Assembly: GCA_964388715.1 (NCBI GenBank)
Contig: CAYMBN010000013.1
Span: 1-32,293 of the forward strand
DNA from: an uncultured Methanosarcinales archaeon
GTDB taxonomy: Archaea; Nanobdellota; Nanobdellia; Woesearchaeales; CAYMBN01
Length of the DNA stretch: 32,293 bases
Reading direction: 5' to 3'
A program made the position numbers and the translations under genes. Below are positions 27,196 to 32,293 of this stretch, one piece after another; the first letter of the stretch is position 1; every line of letters begins with the position of its first letter. The notes under the pieces were generated by a model. It did no database searches. It was given only the letters and a program-made list of their open reading frames with translations, and was not told where the DNA came from.

Positions 27196-27447
27196 ATGGT
27201 GGGGGTAATGATTATGTCAGATGTTCAAGAACTTAAGAATAAAATGTTTGAAATGCGTAAAAAGCTGATAACAATGGAATGGGATGATAAACGTAATCAG
27301 CTCAACGAAGGACGTAAAGTATATTATAATAAACTTAGAGAAGAATTCGAAAAACTTGAACAAGAACTTGACACTCTAGAAGGTAATGTAAAAGAGGTCC
27401 CAAAAAAGGAACAAGGTGATAACGAATTTGTAATGCCCATTATGTAA
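27196..27447 (+). CDS. Small coiled-coil hypothetical protein
   Basis: Heptad-rich 83-aa ORF. AAGGTTTATATA promoter. Start uncertain (27196, 27208 or 27214). Confidence 0.7.
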   Translation: MVGVMIMSDVQELKNKMFEMRKKLITMEWDDKRNQLNEGRKVYYNKLREEFEKLEQELDTLEGNVKEVPKKEQGDNEFVMPIM

Positions 27448-27473
27448 AATGGGTTAATTTGGAGGAAAATAAA

Positions 27474-27668
27474 ATGGGACAACAAGAAGTTTACAATTTT
27501 TTGAAAAAAAATCCAAGAAGATGGTTTACATCAAGAGAAATTAGTGAAAAAATTAAAATTTCAATAGGTTCTGTCACTTCTAGTTTAAAGAAACTAAGAA
27601 AAAGTAACCTAGTGCAGTACAAAACAACCACTAAAAGGAACATGTTTATCTATAAGTTCAAAAGATAA
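27474..27668 (+). CDS. Small winged-HTH DNA-binding protein
   Basis: MGQQEV..FL....W.TS.EIS......GSVT.SL.KLR. GGAGG RBS. Confidence 0.82.
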   Translation: MGQQEVYNFLKKNPRRWFTSREISEKIKISIGSVTSSLKKLRKSNLVQYKTTTKRNMFIYKFKR

Positions 27669-27727
27669 GCACTTTTTTTTCTTCTTAACACAAATTTTAT
27701 ATAACACTTATTATTTTATTTATAATA

Positions 27728-28750
27728 ATGAAAAAAAGAGCTGAATTACTTTCTTTAGTAAAAGGAAAAAAGGTGTTTATTGCAGCACATTGGGATGCTG
27801 ATGGAGTCGCATCAGCAGCTTTAATCTATCATCTTATTAAACCACATGCTAAAGACATCAACACCACTTCTAAAGGCCTTGTTTTTCAGGTATTTGAAGA
27901 AGACATAAAAGGGGATTATGACTTGGTTATATGCGTTGATATTCATCCAAGTCAAGAACTTGACCCTCAAAAAGTAATTTACATTGATCATCACCCTTCT
28001 GAAAATAACAATTTCCTTCTAACAATACATGATGATACATCTCAATCATGCTCATTATTAGTTTGGCAAGAACTTTTACATGACACAAACAACCCATACT
28101 TTATTTTTTTAACTTTAGTAGGTTATTTTGGTGACAATGGTAACAGGGAATCCATCCCACCAGAACTACAGGTTAAAGCACAAAAACTACTTAAAACAAA
28201 AACACGTAACGGAATCCATGACTTAATGGAAAAAAAGAATTCTTATTACAGTAAAGGATATTACTACGAGATTGAAAAATACGTTTCTTATCTTAACACA
28301 GGAAAAAGAATGCACTGGAGCGGTAATATTCCTTTAGAATTATTCAAAAACATTGATTCATACCAACCATTTATTTACCTTTTCCATCCAATTGCAGCAC
28401 AATTACATGAATACAAACTAGAACTAAGAAATCATTATAACATGCCTGTCAAAATACACAATCTTAAACATTTACAATATGGAATCATAGAATGTGACAA
28501 AAATGTACAAGGTGTTTTAGCTGCAAGACATATGAAAGATAAACCAATAATGATAATGAACCGTTTCAATGGCAAGATCATCGGTAGTTTTAGAGTACCT
28601 GATGACTGTGATTTTGACGCAGGTGCTTATCTGAGCGAATTCAACAATAAAATCAACTCCTTAGTTGGAGGAGGACACGAAAAAGCAGGTGGAGTAACAT
28701 TTGATGAACACGAACTCGAAGATTTTATAGAATTAATAAAAAAAGGCTAA
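27728..28750 (+). CDS. DHH-family phosphoesterase with DHHA1 domain (RecJ/NrnA-like)
   Basis: HWDADG, VD, IDHH, GD, S.R, GGGH..AGG. Confidence 0.9.
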   Translation: MKKRAELLSLVKGKKVFIAAHWDADGVASAALIYHLIKPHAKDINTTSKGLVFQVFEEDIKGDYDLVICVDIHPSQELDPQKVIYIDHHPSENNNFLLTIHDDTSQSCSLLVWQELLHDTNNPYFIFLTLVGYFGDNGNRESIPPELQVKAQKLLKTKTRNGIHDLMEKKNSYYSKGYYYEIEKYVSYLNTGKRMHWSGNIPLELFKNIDSYQPFIYLFHPIAAQLHEYKLELRNHYNMPVKIHNLKHLQYGIIECDKNVQGVLAARHMKDKPIMIMNRFNGKIIGSFRVPDDCDFDAGAYLSEFNNKINSLVGGGHEKAGGVTFDEHELEDFIELIKKG

Positions 28751-28751
28751 C

Positions 28752-29387
28752 ATGTACAAAAAAATAAAATTTCTTGGCTTTGAAACATCTAATAAAGAAG
28801 TTGAAGACCTTGTCAAAGCATGGTTAGTATTATCAGCTGCATTCACAATTCTTCTTAGTGGTATAGGAAAATACATGATCAACCCTTTTTTATTCTTAGT
28901 TTACATATTTACTCCAGAAATAGGTTATTATTTTATTTTATCACTCATTGTAATTGGAACAGCATTTGTTCTGCACGAACTAGGTCATAGATACATGGCA
29001 AGAAAATTAAAATGTCATGCAGAGTTTAGAAGTTTTGATCAAATGTTAATAATAGCTTTTGTAATGTCATTCTTTGGCTTTATCCTTGCAGCACCAGGCG
29101 CAGTATTTATTTCAGGTAACATGAATGTAAAGAAAAATGGAACAATATCACTTGCAGGACCTTTAGTAAACCTTATCATTGCTTTAATCATACTTCCTTT
29201 TTTACTTGTTTACACAAGTAAAATATTAACATATGTTTTCATGATCAATGCATGGTTTGGATTATTTAATTTAATACCTATAGGTAATTTTGATGGTAGA
29301 AAAATATTAAGATGGAACAAGCCTATTTATGTTATTATGGTTTTGGTTGCTCTTTCACTAATGTTTGCTCAGTCTTTTCTTGCTTAG
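28752..29387 (+). CDS. Peptidase M50 (site-2 protease-like) membrane zinc metalloprotease
   Basis: HELGH, AAPGAV, AGP.VN, FNLIP...DG. Confidence 0.9.
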   Translation: MYKKIKFLGFETSNKEVEDLVKAWLVLSAAFTILLSGIGKYMINPFLFLVYIFTPEIGYYFILSLIVIGTAFVLHELGHRYMARKLKCHAEFRSFDQMLIIAFVMSFFGFILAAPGAVFISGNMNVKKNGTISLAGPLVNLIIALIILPFLLVYTSKILTYVFMINAWFGLFNLIPIGNFDGRKILRWNKPIYVIMVLVALSLMFAQSFLA

Positions 29388-30006
29388 GACTTTCTGTTTC
29401 TTCAGGAAGTTTTTGAGGTTCTTCTTTTACTTTAGGTTTTTCTCCAACTTCCAAAACCTTCAACACTCTAATCTCACTTATCTTAACAGGATACACTTTG
29501 TTCAATGAATACTTTACATCTTTTTGCAATTTATTAGAAATCATATCTTTAATAAGAGCTTCAAAATTTAATTTCCCAATTCTCTTGGTTAACTCTTCAA
29601 CTAACTTCTTTCTCAGAGCAATAACTATTGAACTTTTAATTTTATTCCTTGTAATTATCAATGGTTTAATCCTAATTTTAACATTATCCCCTGTCTTAAC
29701 AACAAAAGATTCCTCAATTTTATTCTTACTCCTTCTAACAAGTCTTTTAACAGCAGAAGGTATTAATTCATAACTCATCATACTTGTAGTAAGGTTTGAC
29801 CCTTTTAATTCTTCAATCTTAAACTTAACCTTAATATTTTGCTTTCTAATGTTTCTAGTTAAAGTCATCATATTAACTGTAAGAATTCTTCCTAACAAAG
29901 TGCTTCCTTCATACACATAACTTTTCCCCAAAACCTGTTGATTAAACAGTTTAGGAGCCATAATAGGAAACCATCTCTTCTTCCTTTGCTTACTTATTCT
30001 TGCCAT
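29335..30006 (-). CDS. rps3ae: 30S ribosomal protein S3Ae (eS1)
   Basis: KK.W..I.AP..F, GR....M..LT, VRR...KI, .YP....EIR. AAAACCTTTATAAATA promoter. Confidence 0.9.
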   Translation of the reverse strand: MARISKQRKKRWFPIMAPKLFNQQVLGKSYVYEGSTLLGRILTVNMMTLTRNIRKQNIKVKFKIEELKGSNLTTSMMSYELIPSAVKRLVRRSKNKIEESFVVKTGDNVKIRIKPLIITRNKIKSSIVIALRKKLVEELTKRIGKLNFEALIKDMISNKLQKDVKYSLNKVYPVKISEIRVLKVLEVGEKPKVKEEPQKLPEETESPKQEKTEQTLVKEQPKP

Positions 30007-30052
30007 TTTTTATTTAAGAGAAGTGAGGTATTTATAAAGGTTTTGTTTTAAA

Positions 30053-30207
30053 GTATGTGCATAGTGCCTGTGCCATATTTTTGTAAAAAATAATAATTCG
30101 TATTGTAAAACAATTGTGTCAAAAACCTTAAAGAAGGGATATACTGTTTTTATTAATATTTAGAATTAGTTTTTGTATTTTTTACAGGCATGACACTATG
30201 CACATAC
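30053..30207 (+). repeat. Structured repeat family 2, copy B (candidate ncRNA or MITE-like element)
   Basis: Terminal inverted repeat GTATGTGCATAGTG/CACTATGCACATAC. Same internal stems as 11770-11888, with a loop 24 nt longer. Confidence 0.9.
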
Positions 30208-30210
30208 ATT

Positions 30211-31722
30211 TTACAAGTCTTTTTCCAGTTTCTCTTTTTCCTCAACATACTTTCTTTTATAATTAAGTAATTCCATAAGAATATGAGCTCTTAATTTTAT
30301 ATTAAATATACCTTTTTCAACAAGTGCATCATAATGTTTTCCAACTTCTTTTAATCCAAGCACTTTCAACTTTTTAAGATTTTCATCTGCATCATTAGGA
30401 AGTTTCTCAACAATCCCATGAGCAATTTCAATCTTTTTTATCACTCCTTCAATCTCTTTAACTCTTTTTTTTGCCACTCTTCTATACTTTTCAACATTAC
30501 TAACCTTTTCCTCAAGTTTATCTGCTTGTTTTTCTTTTTCAATTATTGCAAGGAATACCTTTAAACATTTATATTCCATATCAATTCCATTATCCTTCAA
30601 ATGAACAGCTGCTCCTTCTCTTGCTAAGATCCAATTTTTGTATTTCACAATCTTTCTTTCATACTCTTTTTTATAATCACTATCCCCTTCTTGAGGTGGT
30701 TTTTTTGTTTCTTTAATCTCTTCATCACATGTCTTAATCTGTTCATACAATATTTTAAGAAGATGTTTTTTAATTAATTCAACAGATTTTTCAGAAAGAC
30801 TTTTCAATAAATCAATTCCATGCTTTTGTACTTCTGCAACCTTTTCAATTGTTCCCTTATTTTTTAAAACATTTATTTCATCTTCTCTTAATCTTCTTTC
30901 CTCTTTAACAAATTGTCTAATATCTTTATCAATATCAATTATAAGTTGCTTATTCTCTTGAATGATTTCTTTTGTTTGTTCACTTGAAAGTTTAGCTAAT
31001 TCCTCTTTTACTATAACAAGAACTTTTGTCCAAATAATTTCTTTTTCTTTTATTATTAACGTTCTAATCTTATCATATTTTTTGTATATTCTACTTAATT
31101 TATCTCCAATATCAGAACCAGTAGGATCTTTAACCCATTGAGGAGAATCATCATAATTTTTTAGTTTTTCTAATAATTTACATATCTTTTTAATTAAATC
31201 CTTCTTTTCTTCATTAATTTTTCTAAGCTCTTGAATTTTCTTTGCCAACTCATCAATCTCTTCAGCCAATTCTTCACTCTCTTTCTCTTTCTTACCTTTC
31301 TTGTTTTTATACATAAAAGCCAAAACAATAAGAATACCACCAATTCCAGAACCAATACTAACATTCCTAACAGTATTACTCTTCCCTTTTGATACTTCAA
31401 CCTCAACACTCTTCTCAGCAAAACCATCAATCTTGTTTATGATTGCACTAATCCTTTGCAATTGTTCAGCATTAGCATTCTTCATTAATTCTTGACAATG
31501 ATCTCTAATTATTTGCAAAGATTCAATATCACTTGATCCTAATTCATCTACAAATTTTTCATAATAACCAAGATTACGATCAATAACATCTTCAACTACT
31601 TCATTTGTTTCTCCAATAAGATCATCAGCACCACTAATCATCTGTTCTTTTCCCCTAGGAACAAGAGCAACAGCTACATTAACCATCAACAATACAAGTA
31701 TTAACACAATTAACTTTTTCAT
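30211..31722 (-). CDS. Hypothetical single-pass membrane protein (signal peptide, TM, long coiled-coil tail)
   Basis: MKKLIVLILVLLMVNVAVA signal peptide. TM at about aa 121-138 followed by a Lys-rich stop-transfer. K/E-rich helices. Confidence 0.75.
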   Translation of the reverse strand: MKKLIVLILVLLMVNVAVALVPRGKEQMISGADDLIGETNEVVEDVIDRNLGYYEKFVDELGSSDIESLQIIRDHCQELMKNANAEQLQRISAIINKIDGFAEKSVEVEVSKGKSNTVRNVSIGSGIGGILIVLAFMYKNKKGKKEKESEELAEEIDELAKKIQELRKINEEKKDLIKKICKLLEKLKNYDDSPQWVKDPTGSDIGDKLSRIYKKYDKIRTLIIKEKEIIWTKVLVIVKEELAKLSSEQTKEIIQENKQLIIDIDKDIRQFVKEERRLREDEINVLKNKGTIEKVAEVQKHGIDLLKSLSEKSVELIKKHLLKILYEQIKTCDEEIKETKKPPQEGDSDYKKEYERKIVKYKNWILAREGAAVHLKDNGIDMEYKCLKVFLAIIEKEKQADKLEEKVSNVEKYRRVAKKRVKEIEGVIKKIEIAHGIVEKLPNDADENLKKLKVLGLKEVGKHYDALVEKGIFNIKLRAHILMELLNYKRKYVEEKEKLEKDL

Positions 31723-32293
31723 GGTTTTGGTCCAGGTGCAGCAGGTGCACTACCTCCACTAATTAAAGCAAGCAATAATAATATAATACCACCAACAATA
31801 ACAAAACCCCATACAGTTGAACCTTTAACCATCTTACTAGGTTTTCTCACAGTTGTAACAGGAGTCTTCACACCACTAACCTTTGCACTAGTATCAGTTG
31901 AACTCCTTTTATATGAATCATAATGAACATACTCTACATCATACTTTCCAGCCAATGCATCTTCCTTATGTCTTTCAACACTCCTAACAAGTTTTTCAGC
32001 ATCCTTAACAACATTCTGAACAACCCTATCCTGCACACTAACAACTTTCTCAACAACATCAGAACGCACACCCATCTTCTCCTTCAACTGCGCAAGCAAT
32101 GCATCAAGTTCATCTTCATCATACCCATCCTTATTATCATTAACATACTGTTCAATCTGTTGATAACTAAAAGCATTACCATCATCATTTTCAAAAACAT
32201 TAACATCAGCATTTAACTCACTAGCAATCTTTTCTTTTATTTCATCAATCTCATCACTCACAGTAGTAAACTTATCAACAGCATCATCAACAG
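31719..32293 (-). CDS. Hypothetical acidic protein with C-terminal TM anchor (5' end outside window)
   Basis: Frame stays open to the window end (VDDAVDKFTTVSDEID). C-terminal TM plus APAAPGPKP. ATGA overlap with the next gene. Confidence 0.7.
   Translation of the reverse strand, partial: VDDAVDKFTTVSDEIDEIKEKIASELNADVNVFENDDGNAFSYQQIEQYVNDNKDGYDEDELDALLAQLKEKMGVRSDVVEKVVSVQDRVVQNVVKDAEKLVRSVERHKEDALAGKYDVEYVHYDSYKRSSTDTSAKVSGVKTPVTTVRKPSKMVKGSTVWGFVIVGGIILLLLALISGGSAPAAPGPKP

Overview
AT-rich, gene-dense archaeal chromosome segment. Ribosomal proteins L35Ae and S3Ae, TrmI, TATA/BRE promoters directly before start codons and an intron-containing tRNA show it is archaeal. Gene content suggests a DPANN lineage such as Woesearchaeota (inference). 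It carries housekeeping genes (rpl35ae, smc, trmI, nfi, rps3ae), a UDP-GlcNAc operon (glmS-HAD-HAD-glmM-glmU) opposite an HTH regulator, a PIG-L deacetylase/GT4 glycosyltransferase pair, and many hypothetical genes. The most unusual signals are non-coding. (1) A ~120-155 nt multi-stem element occurs twice, 18 kb apart (11770-11888, 30053-30207), with a compensatory base change, G-U-preserving changes and an invariant 35-nt arm. (2) A second hairpin family with a 35-bp identical core brackets a CxxC-x17-CxxC gene beside the tRNA. (3) tRNA-Gly(TCC) has a 38-nt T-loop (59/60) intron with an internal duplication. (4) An unannotated 21-aa Ile-rich micro-ORF is followed by a GC-rich structure and a T8 tract. 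No transposase, integrase, CRISPR array or rRNA was seen. All family assignments come from motif recognition, not database searches.
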